Positions 22,753-35,426 of a stretch of 64,000 nucleotides of DNA are shown in pieces. How positions within the stretch are numbered: the first letter of the stretch is position 1; each line of letters starts with the position of its first letter. A model generated the notes under the pieces. That model worked only from the letters and a program-made list of their open reading frames with translations. It ran no database searches and was not told where the DNA came from. Source of the stretch: Lytechinus pictus (taxonomy: Eukaryota); the NCBI RefSeq assembly GCF_037042905.1, contig NC_087263.1:11162001-11226000 (forward strand). Direction: 5' to 3'. A program made the translations under genes and the position numbers.

Positions 22753-24579
22753 AGGGTACGTGCGATGTTTTACCATGAAAAAAGGGTCCGTCTCATAATA
22801 GAATCCTTTTCTTATTTTACTAATTATTGAACTATTCACGGTGCACCTGATTTGATGAATACTTACACACATTTGGTGGAAGTTTTGGGGATTGCGATAA
22901 AATTCATAGGCATATTTGTCTTCATTACCGCAGTCTTTGATTGAATTTCAAGTTGTTGGCGCTCGCGCGCATAAGCTCAGTGACATTTGTAGGTGTTTTT
23001 TGTTTAAGTTTGAAGATGGCAGAGCTGTAGAAAGCTATTGCTGTTTGCAAATGAGATCACAAAGACTAGATGTATAAAAGAATATCTCAAGTTGGCAATG
23101 TCGTAAGTAATTTTTTACGAGTGGAATATTCAAATTTCCCATTTGTCATTTTCTTCATTATCAGAAATTCGTGGTTTTCTCTTCATGCGAATACGAACCA
23201 GCAGTCACCTCGTGCCCTCAACTACTCAAATCCGTCCAGGTTTATTAACTAATCAATAGATTTATAATGCAATGATTATACTGTTTGAGTGCATTAATTT
23301 TCATTCAAATTCAAGAAAAAATACAATGCAAGGCAAGAAAGGATGTAAGATATAGTACAGAAATGAAAAAGGAACCGACTGAGAAGTAGAGTTTGTTAGT
23401 TGAAATCATCATTAACAGTGGACAGACTAAACATTGTAGTAGAAATAATGTACTATTTATTTAATTAACCATCGACATGAATTTCATAGTACACGAACTC
23501 TTTTAGGGGATGGGTTACATTAAAGATACAACAACATTTCAACGTTTTTACGTTAGCACGTCCACCATTGGCATACAAACCTCGCGTTATAAATAACAAA
23601 AGAAAAGAAAAAGAAAGAGAAAGAGAAGAAGTGGAAATGTTTATTATGGGTCACCGACTGCGAAGAGACCTTTACGCATTGAAGTTCGGAAAAAGGGACC
23701 TCATCTTGTCCACAGAACCCTAACCTCCACAGGGGTAATACTACTTCAACAAAAGGGGGCAACTCGCTGTCCGCTTTATATATACCAAACATATCTGACC
23801 ATTATACCCCGATCGCCATTGGGTATTTGCCCTGGTTGTTCTCCAACTCAAACAAACGCACAGCACAGTTTCAAAAATAAATTTACTCAAGGGATCAGCT
23901 CGTTTACAAAACATAACCAAGATTTTCCCCCTCTATGCCCTCGCTTTATTCTTATAAAGCAAGTACCTGAAGTGTTTATTCGTATATGATTAATACATTT
24001 TAAGACCAATTGTTAAGTGGGGGAGAAAAATACCCCCTTTCGAATTGGCATAAGGGGTGCACTCCCTGTGCACTCTTGGAGCTTGCGTATCGGCATTAGT
24101 CCCCAAGAAATATAACCGCGTACTGGTCCCACTCCTTTGGGAAGGATAAAAAGCGGGTATTATAAAGGCTTATATTTTGGAGTGAACTTTGAGAAGGAAA
24201 ATGGCTCATGTCAAAATGCCCGAAGCGGGCAATTGAAGTTCAATTAGTGCCATATCAAATTTGATTAAGGACCTTTGTTGGAAGGTGTTGATCCGACTTC
24301 GAGGTAAGCTTAATAAGGAATCTGATCCCATGATATTAGGTGAATATAAAAATATGTTCTTTTACATTTGGTGGGTTCGGGGTTCAGATGTATTTTCTTT
24401 GGGCATTTCCATATTTTTCTTCTCGACAAAAAGTCGTTATCCCCACTTAAAATTACCGCAAAGGCAAGGATAAAATAAAGACCTATGACCGATGCTACCT
24501 AATACACGCAATCAGACGGAGAAGAATATCGGTTTTGATTAGTATTCTTTTATACAAGGTTCACCATGAAAATAAAATA

Positions 24580-24906
24580 TATGGGGACGATCCCCTTCCA
24601 GGTCTGCAGTTCATCCTTTTTCAAATAAAATATGCTAATTCTCGAGCTATGATAGCTTTGCTTTTCAGTGGACCCCTCCATTCCTCTCATGATATATAAT
24701 TATATTGATTTTATTATATTTCATTATATTGAATATATTGATTTAAATTGACATGCATGTTAATTTATATTTGAATCACTTATTGAATATGTATATTATT
24801 TATTCAATGTTGAATTTTGTTCATGCTTTTATTTAAATTGAATTAATTTATCATGTAATTATTTGTATTATGTTGAAGAATGAAAAATAAATTGAATTGA
24901 ATTGAA
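24580..24906 (+). mobile_element. LINE 3'UTR/tail remnant (CR1/L2 group)
   Basis: AGCTTTGCTTTTCAGTGGACCCCTCCATT motif, AT-rich stretch, AATAAA and an (ATTGA)n tail. Confidence 0.55.
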
Positions 24907-25985
24907 TGTTAATTATAAAAGCATTGATGGTAGTAGATGCAATCGTTCTTCGGCTATCACCTTCTATTCACATATTTTTTTGACGATCATTCCAACATGG
25001 TGGAGCCCAACTTGACCTCGCTGTTCTATTAATACCGCTAGAGTAGATTCCTAGATAATCCATCACTTTAATCGACACATTGCTTTGTTCAAACGATGTT
25101 TTCAATTAAACGGAAACCGGCACAAAGGTGATTCAATTTTGAGAAATTGCAAGGAATAATTTGGCGCAACAGGTAGTACTGTTGAAGGGATGTTTAGCGA
25201 GGTATAATTATGGTTTTTGCGGTCATATACTCTAGAATTGATCAATAAGAGGGGCACCTCTTTAACTTGTTGTTGTGAGGATGCGGTTTACTATCATGGA
25301 AATAGATCATTTTTTACAGGAGATACTGGAAACGACTATATAATACCCCGATATGATAGTTTGTAAGACGCTTTAAACTAGCAACATCAATTAGGTTCAT
25401 ATCTATAATTGTATAAATTGAAAAAAAAGCCGTAGGCTACAATATCAAACGTCGCTTGGAAACTGGAGCTAATTCATCTTTAAATTTCCAGTTTAATTTA
25501 TCAGTACATTCATCATTATTACTTGTCATTATTATGATCATGGTTGTTATGTTTCTGTGTTATGTGATCAAGAAAGACGAGGAATATTTGAAAGAAAAAA
25601 CGTTGAGGGTAATATACCCCCTCCCCAGCCCCAAACAAATAATGAAAGAGAAATAAAAAGAGTCTCTGAGAGGACGACACCTGCTGAAGAAATAGTACAA
25701 CACGCAAAAGGATAAGACGATAAGAACAAGTAAAATCAAGAACATGAAAATACAAAAAAAATATACATAAGTGGTACATAAAATAACTAGATATTCGGAA
25801 AAAGTAAAGATTTAAAGCCCCCTTCACAATTGGTGGTGAGACTGTTTACAACCGTTACGATTGTGTGTAACATATATTGTGACCAAATGATCGCAAACGA
25901 TCGCAAGAGCGATTGTGAAAGCCCCTTTAAAGAAAGTTAAAACAAAGAGAAAAGAGGTGGAGAGGGAGAGAACGAGAGTGGGGAG

Positions 25986-26256
25986 CACTGGCGTACCTAG
26001 GATTTTCCAGAGGGGGCAATTTTTTTTTTCAACCCCCAAAAAAGGATTCCTTACCAGAAAAAAAAATGGGACAAGCAAAAAAAAAAAAGTTAAAAAGGTC
26101 TTCAGGTTCAAAAGAGTGGTACACGTCTGTCCCCTGTATCAGTTGTGACTCGTCAGGGGGGGGGGGGGCAGGGATACGTCCTCTGCATGAGTTGTGACTC
26201 GTCAGGGCGGCAGTCTGCCCCCCTGCCACCCCCCCCCCCCCTTAGGTACGCTAGTG
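25986..26256. mobile_element. hAT-like MITE
   Basis: TIR CACTGGCGTACCTA / TAGGTACGCTAGTG, G/C runs near the ends, imperfect 8-bp TSD GTGGGGAG / GTGGGAGG. Confidence 0.75.
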
Positions 26257-26564
26257 GTGGGAGGGGGTATATTCAAATAGAAATATAGAGTATAAAAAGT
26301 TTGTCTGTATAAAAGTTCGCATTCTAATCTATTATCCCCTCGTTCTTAACCTCCTCATCAATGAATTCTTATCACCTTCCGTATACGATTGCAAAAAAGA
26401 AAAGATGGTAATAAAATGAAATTCAAGATGGCGTACCGACGCATCTAGTACTCCGCATGGCGTCGGCCTTCAGTTAGACCATGGACTCTACGGCTATATA
26501 CTACCCCGAGGTGTCGGCCTCACGATCTACCTTAGATCGTGAGAGGTAGATAGTGTTCGTTTAA

Positions 26565-27168
26565 AGGTCAAGTCCACCCCAGAATATTGTTGATTCGAAT
26601 CGATAGAGAATAATCAAACAAACATAACGCTGCAAATTTCATCGAAATCGGATGTAAAATAAAAAAGTTATGACATTTGTAAGTTTTGCTTATTTTTCAC
26701 AAAACAGTTAAATGCACAACTCAGCGATATGCAAATGAGAGAGTCGATGATGTCCATCACTCACTATTTCTTTTGTTTTTTATTGTTTGAATAATACAAT
26801 ATTTCAATTTTTACAAATTCGACAATAAGTACCAACTTAACTTTACCATAGACTGTTAAAATAATGGTAATTCCACATGTTTAGGGAGAAATAAAACTCT
26901 GTTTCACTTGACAAGGAGGAAAAAATTAAAATATTTCATATTTCATATAATAAAATACAAAAGAAATAGTGAGTGGGTGACGTCATCAGTCTACCAATTT
27001 GCATACCGACCAGGATGTGCATATAATTGTTTTGTGAAATTAAGCGAAACTTTAAAATGTCATAACTTTCTTATTTTACATCCGATTTTGATGAAATTTT
27101 CAGTGTTTTGCTTGTTGGATTTATCTCCTTTTTTTCAAATCAACCTTTTGTTGGGGTGGACTTGTCCT
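26565..27168. mobile_element. Kolobok-like non-autonomous element
   Basis: TTAA|AGGTCAAGTCCACCCCA...TGGGGTGGACTTGTCCT|TTAA. Confidence 0.9.
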
Positions 27169-27349
27169 TTAAGCTATCGCAAGCACGAATTCCTGACCCC
27201 TAAAAAAACGGACTCAAGCCACGAATCCAGTCCTATCCATATCCTTTGTCTTCATTGATAGGCTTACCTGAACCTGCTGAATGATAAAAAAAAAACATTA
27301 GCAATATCCACAAACAATCTTCTGGGTCTCCTTAAATGCAACTACTAGC

Positions 27350-27517
27350 GAGTCTGATGTGCAAGCCATTCACTTCAGTTAAGGGTCTGAATATGCAGCC
27401 TGTAATGACTTGCGTACTGAAGGCCTTTTTGAAACAGGAAGTTTTACATGTGCCATTATTTGCGTGGAGACTCATTTGTTGACCAAAGTTTCAATCAGGG
27501 TCTGTGCCTGCAGACTA
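27350..27517 (+). repeat. Unclassified dispersed repeat, copy 2
   Basis: Colinear with 8408-8568 and 29128-29243. Confidence 0.8.
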
Positions 27518-27706
27518 ACTACCAGCAGGTTACCTATGACATTTTTGGTAAACCTTGTTGCAACTTTCATCAATATTTACTGCCATAAACATCGCCATCA
27601 TCACCATCTGCACCATCATCATCATCATCAAATAATTCATTCGGTCCGAAATTGTCCAACGTAATTCGTTCGCTTTGCACGAATGCTGTCCTCAGAGCAG
27701 GCTCCC

Positions 27707-27904
27707 TGACATTTTCTCTGGCGACAATTGCCCCGCTGTAAATTCCAGTCACTAATAGGATGATCAACTTCAACCCTGGAATTAACCCCATACCCTATCC
27801 TAAACCTGACCATAAAACCTAACATAAAACCTTACAACCCGAACCCTAAACCTACATCTTAGACGAAATTAAGCCCGAAGCAATTGTCACCGGAGCAAAT
27901 GTTG
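27707..27904. mobile_element. Small inverted-repeat element with an internal AACCCT-like array
   Basis: ACATTTTCTCTGGCGACAATTGC / GCAATTGTCACCGGAGCAAATGT; internal (TAACCC/AAACCT) units. Confidence 0.6.
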
Positions 27905-29127
27905 TGTCATCGTTGCGGGCAGGCCAACATGATAGTAACGGTCCCTGTTTGATTATAGCACATGCATGCCATTATAACGCAGGAAGCCCAGATCTAACAC
28001 ATCTTCGTGACATATTTATGAGGTTACTCATGTAGGACTCCCCACTTACTTTTTTGTACCCTTTTCGAAACCTTTAGCACCTTGCTTATTTTTGGTTTTG
28101 AACTTCACAACGATATACACAGAATGCTATGAGTCATATGGTCTCACTCCCATTTGTGTTGTGCTAATTTTTTTCAGTTACGCAATACTTCCATGTTTCT
28201 GGTAACAGTTGGGTGAAACTGGATTACTATTGTTGATACGAGGTAAAAATTCATCTGTTCAGAGTGTTTAACCAAAATCAACAAATAGTTTCCTCTGCGA
28301 GAATCACCACAATCTCCAAATCTCGTTGGCAACCTACTCATGAAAATGCAACAAGTCAATACGCATATAGTACCGTTAATGCCTTTTGATGTTTGCTCGA
28401 AAAGTGGGCAATTTTAGAGGATTTGTCGTTCACCGAAGCCTTGACTGGTGTAATTTAAGGATTGGTGAAATGCGATACTATTTGGAGCTTATTGCATTTA
28501 ACGTTGCGATAGTGAGGGGGAGCAGAATAACGATACAGGCTAATTTAGATATCAAGAGCAGTCAGAAGTATGAAATAATTTGAGGTAATTACTGACTTAG
28601 ATTAATCCGAAAATTGGCTTAATGATCACGCATTAGTGACAACATTGTTTTGGTCAATAAAAGTGGCACGGGCTCTCTAACCACCTCTCTGTTGTTGTTT
28701 TAGCCTAGTCTTCATGCTTTCAGACTTTCTCGTTTTTCAATCTTTCATTCTCTCTCTTAAATTCTTACTTTCTTTCACTCTTTCTATCTCCTTTCCTCTT
28801 TCTTTCTTCAGTGTACATACTGCATAATAATTTTCACACCGAATGTTGCTTCCGTGTGCAGCGGGTATATCATTATGTTGCTTGCAAGCATGTGTGTGTG
28901 GGTAAGGTCATGTGAGGGTGAATTTGCACCTGTGCTTGCTTGAGCAGACATGTGATCATTCTTTCTCAGGAATGGAAACATATATTTTAAAAATCTCCCG
29001 TATTCAGGTATTCATACCGATCCACTTTCTGTCTCATGTTTTACCTTTTCTCTTCCCCCCCCCCCCTATCGTCCTCCTTCCCTTTGTCTTCTCTCTTCTG
29101 CACTCTTTTTTTTTTATAAGGGAAAGT

Positions 29128-29243
29128 AGTCTGAACATGCAGCCTACAATAATTTGTGTACGGAAATCCCCTATATGTGCTAGTCTGATGTGAAGACCCA
29201 CTTGTTGATCCTTGTTTCAATCAGGGTCTGTGCTTGCAGACTA
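29128..29243 (+). repeat. Unclassified dispersed repeat, copy 3 (partial)
   Basis: GTTTCAATCAGGGTCTGTGC.TGCAGACTA is shared with copy 2. Confidence 0.75.
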
Positions 29244-30145
29244 TTCAGATCTCGGGTAGTGCATCCCAAGACCATCCATTTCAACCGGTTCCAATCCGGT
29301 CCAACACCTCCCTTTACGAAATTCTACCGACAAACAGTCGCGTGCCGTTTTGCCATTGAAATATTCATATAAGGACAAAATCCCGGGGACAAAATTCAAT
29401 TTTCTGCTTATAAAGATGGGGTTGTGAATAAATAACAATGGCATAGCGTGAGGTCAAACGCAGGCTCTCCCAATTATTGCTATTCAATGACGGTGTCACT
29501 ACAGCGTAAAATAAACAATTTTCTGTAAGTCTGGATAATAATTTCGCGAGGGCAGAATATGGCCGAACATACTTGGAGAAAACATTCGCTCCTATCTGCT
29601 ATATAATATAAATATACTACCATTTCTATATAGCACGTTGTGGCACGGCATATTAACTCAAAAGGGCAATTAGTATTGGCCAGTGATAATTTTGGAAAAC
29701 AAAAATGAAATAAGCAATTACAGCGCTGAAAGATTTCGATGACAGTGCGATGTAAAAGGTAAATATATTCGAGATTTAAACTCTCCTTAACTTCACAAAA
29801 CAGTCATGCGCACATGCAACGCAAGCAGTGTGCAACTAATAAGGGCACCGAGGAAACCTTCCATTCACATCATTTTTTGGGGTGTATTTTATGACATGAA
29901 ATATCAAGGATATTTGTTTCAATGCGAATATCAGAACGAAAAAGAAGCTCTTTAGAAAAACGAGAAGCGGTATAATCAGTGGCTTAACTACGGGGGGAGG
30001 GGGGGGGGGGGCATGGGAGGCACGTGCCCCCCCCCCCCCCCCCATCGGCTGGCCCAAAAAAAAAACGAGGAAAAGGGAAAAAAAGAGGGAGAAAGGGAGA
30101 GAAACGTAGCGGGGAAAAAAGAAATTATTGTTCATTTCTATGTTT

Positions 30146-32897
30146 TATAAACCTCTCTTTAAGAATGTCGAATAATCCGTTCCTCTGATTGGTCAAAACT
30201 GAGGTCATGTAAACGACCATGCCTTCAAAACAACAAACTAAGGTGGTAACCAAGGGCAACGGGCATAGTTAACAAGATTTCTGCCCGTTGCCCCCTGACC
30301 CGCCCCTTAACGACGGGCATAGCAAAATTTGGCTGAGATCCCCATTTGATTGCATGCAAAATGTTGCTTTCTACGGTGATTGCGGATACCATAAATATCC
30401 GTGCGATTTGATCGAAAGTTTTAGACGATTCGCACATTAACGCGCTTATTGCGCAAGTGCGCGCAACGGATATGACATATCGATAGAACGATGCCGATCT
30501 TTGACTTTTATTTGTTAATTCCTGTTAAAATGTATGGCATTTATTGAAAAGAAAACTAACTTATTAAGGACATAACGGATGTATCAATCATCAAGTCTTG
30601 TCGCAGACCGCTCAAATGCATGCTCGCAGTCGCAAAAGGTGAGTCGGGTGAAAAGATTAAAGTTAGACGGTAACTGCACTTTCTAAGGTTAACATAACGT
30701 TACTCGTTACTTAGCCTTAGGTATGACAAACGACAACGTTATGACGGGTAGATCTAATGTTAATTGTCGTTAGTTAGCTTAGAAGTTATTAGATGTAACG
30801 TTAGATCTAACGTTAAGACGTAGGTTTAGTCGACTAGATCTAACGTTAGATTACACTCTAATAGGGATTTATTTCTGAACGTTAGATCTAGCGTAGACCC
30901 TATTCACAGCGGCGTAACAGGGGTCGGTGGCCAGGGGGGGGGGGGGGGCAAGAGCCAAAAATTTCCCGGTCATATCATGGAACAGGCAATGGCGTCATAA
31001 GGCAAAAATTTTGAGGGGGCGGTATGGCGTATCGGGCAAATATATATATATGAGCGAGCGAAGCGAGCGAGCAAAATTTTTTGACATTGTTATTGCAAAA
31101 ATCAAATTTTGTGATAGATTTTGACATAACGTTAAAAAGATGATATCATATTTCACCCTCCTCTCTTTCCTTTTTTCTCTCTTTTTTTGTACGCCACGGT
31201 GAACAGAATTTTTGTTATGATTGTGAGCATCAGGGCGAAGCTCTATATGCTCGAGGGGGCCGAGTATGGCGCTTCTGGCAAGAAGTAGCTTAATGTAAGT
31301 CCCGAGCGAGCGAAGCGAGCGAGATAAAAAATTACCTTTTCATGAGAATCTAACATAAAGATAGATCTTAACGTGATATTCAGAAAAATATAATACACTT
31401 TCATTTTTTGCCTCATTTTTTTTGTTTGGTTGTAGAACTTTTGGGGGCCATGGTCCAAACTCATCCATACAACAGTGCTTTATGGGTGGGGTCCAGGGCA
31501 GAGCCCTGGAACCTCTTGATATCAAAGCCATTTTAAACCTTACAGATGGCCACTTATTTTAATCAAATTGTGTGTATATTTATAAAGCTTTAACACAACA
31601 CAAATTCAATGCAGTTGTGGATCGTTATCATCCAAATATTGTGAGGGGCACACCATAGCAAATGTGGGAAAATTTGTAAAAAGTCGCCAGCGAGCGAAGC
31701 GAGCCAGAAAAAAAATGGCCTGATAAAATGAAAATCTAATTATGTGATAGATTTTTACATCATTATAGCAAATATCATGTCATATATTTTTTTTCATTCA
31801 TCTCATTTCGCTGCCTCCTTTATTTTCTTGTATTTCCCCTTGGCTGTGGAACCACGCCCCGGTAGGCCAGTGCTTCAACGTAAAGCTTAATGCAGGAAGG
31901 GTCCATATAGGGGCCCGTTATAGAACCCATTAAAGGTTACAGATGAAGAGCCCCCACTGCACGGGGTCTTGACTCTTGGACAGAGCCTTTGGAGATTTAG
32001 CAAGTTTATGATAGACTTTCATATACGACATTATGTTATATACCATCCATTTTTCTTCCCGCTCGTTATCTCAATCCTCGGCAGCCCGGTAGTGTACGTT
32101 ATCTTGTCCCTATTCTTTATTTTTCAATTTAGATTTTGGCTAATTCCATTCTGCTTTTATTTGCCGCTTTTGTTTGCCTTTTTGTCATATTTAATTTATT
32201 TCCCTGTCTTACTAATCATGCTAATGTATTTGTATATCGGGCCGAATTGTTCTTTCTCACTTGTTCTTTTTTCCTTCCTTTTCCCGTTATCTTTCCGTTT
32301 TCCCTTTTTTATGTCTTTTCTTAGTTTTCTTTTCCCTTTTCCTTTCCCCTTTCCCTTTTTTCTTACCTTTCCCTTTCTTCCCCCCTTTTTTGTCTTTTTC
32401 CCATTTTTTTATTTTCCCGGTGAGCTCCGCCAGGGGGGGGGGGCAGCTTGCCCCCCCCCCCCGCCTGTTACGCCACTGCCTATTCAGAATCAGAACCTAA
32501 TTAGTAATTTGGTTCCTAAAAATATCTAGATCTAGGCCTAGTAGGGCCTATCGGTATGAACTGCTCGGGAACTGCTTATGATATTCGACTTTGAGACCTA
32601 ACTTCAGGGTCAGGGCTAAGTAAGGGCCTAGGCCTAAGTCCTAACGTTAGTTTGGGGCCAGGGCTTTTAGATCTAGACTTAGACTAGCCCCTAACGTCAG
32701 ATCTAATGTTTAATAATTCGGTTCATAAAATATATATGGACTGCTTTTATATTCGAGACATGGTTGTTTCAATTCGGCTCGCGGGTACCGCATCGGCCAG
32801 ACCATGCCTTCGGGCAAAGCCCTCGTGCATAGTCGCGTTGCGGTCACCTTGAGCCTCTAGAAACAACCATGCCTCTCAAAGCAGCCCATATATCTAT
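30146..32897. mobile_element. Probable Crypton-like (tyrosine-recombinase-type) non-autonomous element (middle layer)
   Basis: No simple TIR. CTGATTGGTC and AAACGACCATGCC near the left end. The right end is a long foldback (32731-32770 vs 32860-32894) repeating AAACAACCATGCC around a GGGCAAAGCCC hairpin. AGATCT/AACGTT-rich interior. Family assignment is inference from architecture. Confidence 0.55.
30907..32478. mobile_element. hAT-like non-autonomous element (inner layer)
   Basis: TIR CAGCGGCGTAACAGG / CCTGTTACGCCACTG; perfect 8-bp TSD CCTATTCA (30899-30906 and 32479-32486); GAGCGAGCGAAGCGAGC motifs. Confidence 0.92.
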
Positions 32898-35117
32898 AAT
32901 ATTATAATTATGTTATGTTATGTGTCATAAAAACTTTTTTTTTCATAACTTTATGCTCAGGGCCTATGTCTTCATTGTTCCTGTTGCTCGCATTGTCTGT
33001 TTAACGAGATATATAATCCTGTTGTACTAAAACCTCCCGTTTTCAAGTCAATATACACCAAATGTATTTTCTCGCACTTCGAATTATTATTGTTTTATGT
33101 AGTGACACATGCTTCTTTTTCATGACAACTTAAAGTGATTGCCCCATTTTAAGATCTTAACATAAAACATTTCCTGTCTTTGCTTACGTTCGCATTAGTG
33201 GATTTGTGAGATATGTCTGCTCTTCATGAATTCCTAAAATCAGTCCTTAAAATGTCCCTCTTCTGATCTGAATATCAAAAATTTTCAGCTTGCGCTTCGC
33301 GCTCACATAATTTGGTTAGCGAAATACGTATGGTCTTAGTGAATTCCTACAAACAAGCCTTAAAATTTCCCTCTTCAGGTCTAAATTTATTAGATTTTCT
33401 GCTCACGCTTCGCGCTCGCAATATTTGATCAGTGAGATATAATCATGATTACAGTGACTACAAGTGCTTCATGTGTTTCGATGTAATTCTAACAAAATCA
33501 GCATGCTCTTGGCACCCGCATTAGACGACTATGGTGAGATATGTAAACTCTTAATGGATTTCTGAAATCATGGACCTATTACAAATATAGTCCTGAAAAT
33601 GTCCTTGTTTGAGGTCAATTTATAAAAAAAAATTCAGCTCGCGCTTCGCGCTCGCTTTGTTTCTTTAGCGAGACAGGTACGTATCATGATTACAACAATT
33701 TGCTTATAATGTCCCTTTTTTAGGTCTGAATATCAAATATCAAACGGTTTCAGCTCGCGCTTCGCGCTCGCATTATATGATCAGTGAGATACATATTCGT
33801 TTAATGACACTGTCCTTAAAATGTCTCTTCTAGGTCAGTATATCTGGCAACTGAGCGCGCTAAGTGACTCAATTTTTTTGTTGGTGCCCCCCAATGCTGT
33901 GACCCACGTTACGCCACTGGGTATAATGAATCCCTACTTATGAATAATTTCTCCCTTTTTTTTTTGGGGGGGGGGGGTTCAGGTCTATTATTGACCGCAG
34001 TGTTCAGCGATATAAGTACGTTTTTGGAGGCGGTGACGTCGAAAAACAACTTTGGTGAATGGTGAAAAAAAAAGCGAATTCCTGATCACAGGCCTCGATT
34101 GCAAAAATAGATTATTTGCCTTAAATGTTTGTATTTTGACATGGCACTACGTTAAAAAACACGAGATCAATTAAGCAAGATGCGTTACACTTCAGATTGT
34201 AGGGGAAATGATAACTATACCTGCATGGTACGCGCCGTAGTATGTAGGGAAAAAAGAAAATGGCAAACACAGTCTGAAAGCACAACAAATATAAATGATC
34301 GGCAGATTTTTTTGTTGATGCATAGTTTACTTACATTTGATCAGCTTTAGTTTTCAAGAATTTTTTTTTCGGAGTTCCTAAATTTTTACCCTGAAATTTC
34401 GTTTTCCCTGAAATTCCGTGACTCCACGTTCTTCTCGAATTCTGTTATTTTTTTATTTATTTTCCGTATTACCTGGAAAAATGGGACTACAGATCGCCGT
34501 AACGATTTGTATAGGCCTTTGCGACATCAACTTCGCTCTCGAGTATTGGACAAAACGCAAACATTCCACCAGCCAAAGCGAGGAAATGGGGAACAAATCT
34601 GATGATTTTTTCCCTAAAAAATACTTGCTTTCTTACCTTCCTCATAACCCATCTCGGTTTCATTCTTTCGTTTATTTGTCTCGTTTAATATACCATAACC
34701 TAACTGGCACGCGGTCATTGTAACAAATGGTCAAGGATAAAGTTGCCATCCATATTGATCCCAACAATGGCAGTTAAAATACATAATAAGAGATAGGAGT
34801 AACTGAAAATAGGGCCCAAGTGTGTTCTGGAATGCTTTCCAATCCACCAATGTAGGCCTAAAGAAATGTACTTTTTTTTTCTATAACCATTTTTCCAATA
34901 AATAAAAACGAACGAAATCACAAGACCCAGTGGATGATTTGTAACAGAACTGGCTGGGCCAGTACTCTCCCATCCCCTCCCCCTCTCTTTATATATATAT
35001 ATATATATATACATATATTTATATATATATTAATGTGAGAAATTATACTTGTACAACAACTTTGGCAACTCTTGTATTTAAATATGTTGTGAAATATTTC
35101 AATGAAGAGAAAAATGG

Positions 35118-35410
35118 TAGCCGTAGCTTAAATCAAGGTTCCTCAGACATGTCAGAGCTATCTGCCCTTTGGGAAAATTAGTGATGCCGATAAAATGACT
35201 GTCGGAAATCGAACCCAGGCACCCAGCTTTGACCACCGGTGCCTTAACCACTAGACCACATAAACGGGTTAGTAGCTCGGGCGACCCCGATCCGATTGAC
35301 TGATTGACCGTCAGATAAACATATTTTCGACACCACCAATTAAATTTCCTTTGTCGGGTGGAGATGAGTTTTGAACAATGACAAGCCGCTATGCCTCAGC
35401 TGGATCAAAG
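35118..35410 (-). mobile_element. Short element with an internal tRNA-like Pol III promoter
   Basis: Minus strand TGGTCTAGTGG (A box, ~35248-35258) and GGTTCGATTTCC (B-box-like, ~35204-35215); loosely similar ends GCCGTAGCTTAAATCAAG / GCCTCAGCTGGATCAAAG. Confidence 0.55.
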
Positions 35411-35426
35411 ATATTGCTTAGATACA

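Larger units (their letters stand above)
29977..33919. mobile_element. hAT-like non-autonomous element (outer layer of a triple nest)
   Basis: TIR CAGTGGCTTAAC / GTTACGCCACTG; perfect 8-bp TSD GGTATAAT (29969-29976 and 33920-33927); ~120-bp subterminal repeats with CAGCTCGCGCTTCGCGCTCGC at 33240-33870. Confidence 0.92.

Noticed and set aside
25812..25930. Small Harbinger-like MITE (CCCTTCACAAT / ATTGTGAAAGCCCC)
   Set aside because: The inverted match is too short and imperfect to call confidently.
27770..27856. Interstitial telomeric repeat
   Set aside because: Degenerate AACCCT-like units enclosed by inverted repeats of a small element, not a (TTAGGG)n tract.
31969..32529. 186-aa hydrophobic, membrane-protein-like ORF
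   Set aside because: Pyrimidine-rich low-complexity interior of a hAT-like element; the same applies to the ORFs at 43038-43365 and 44730-45352.
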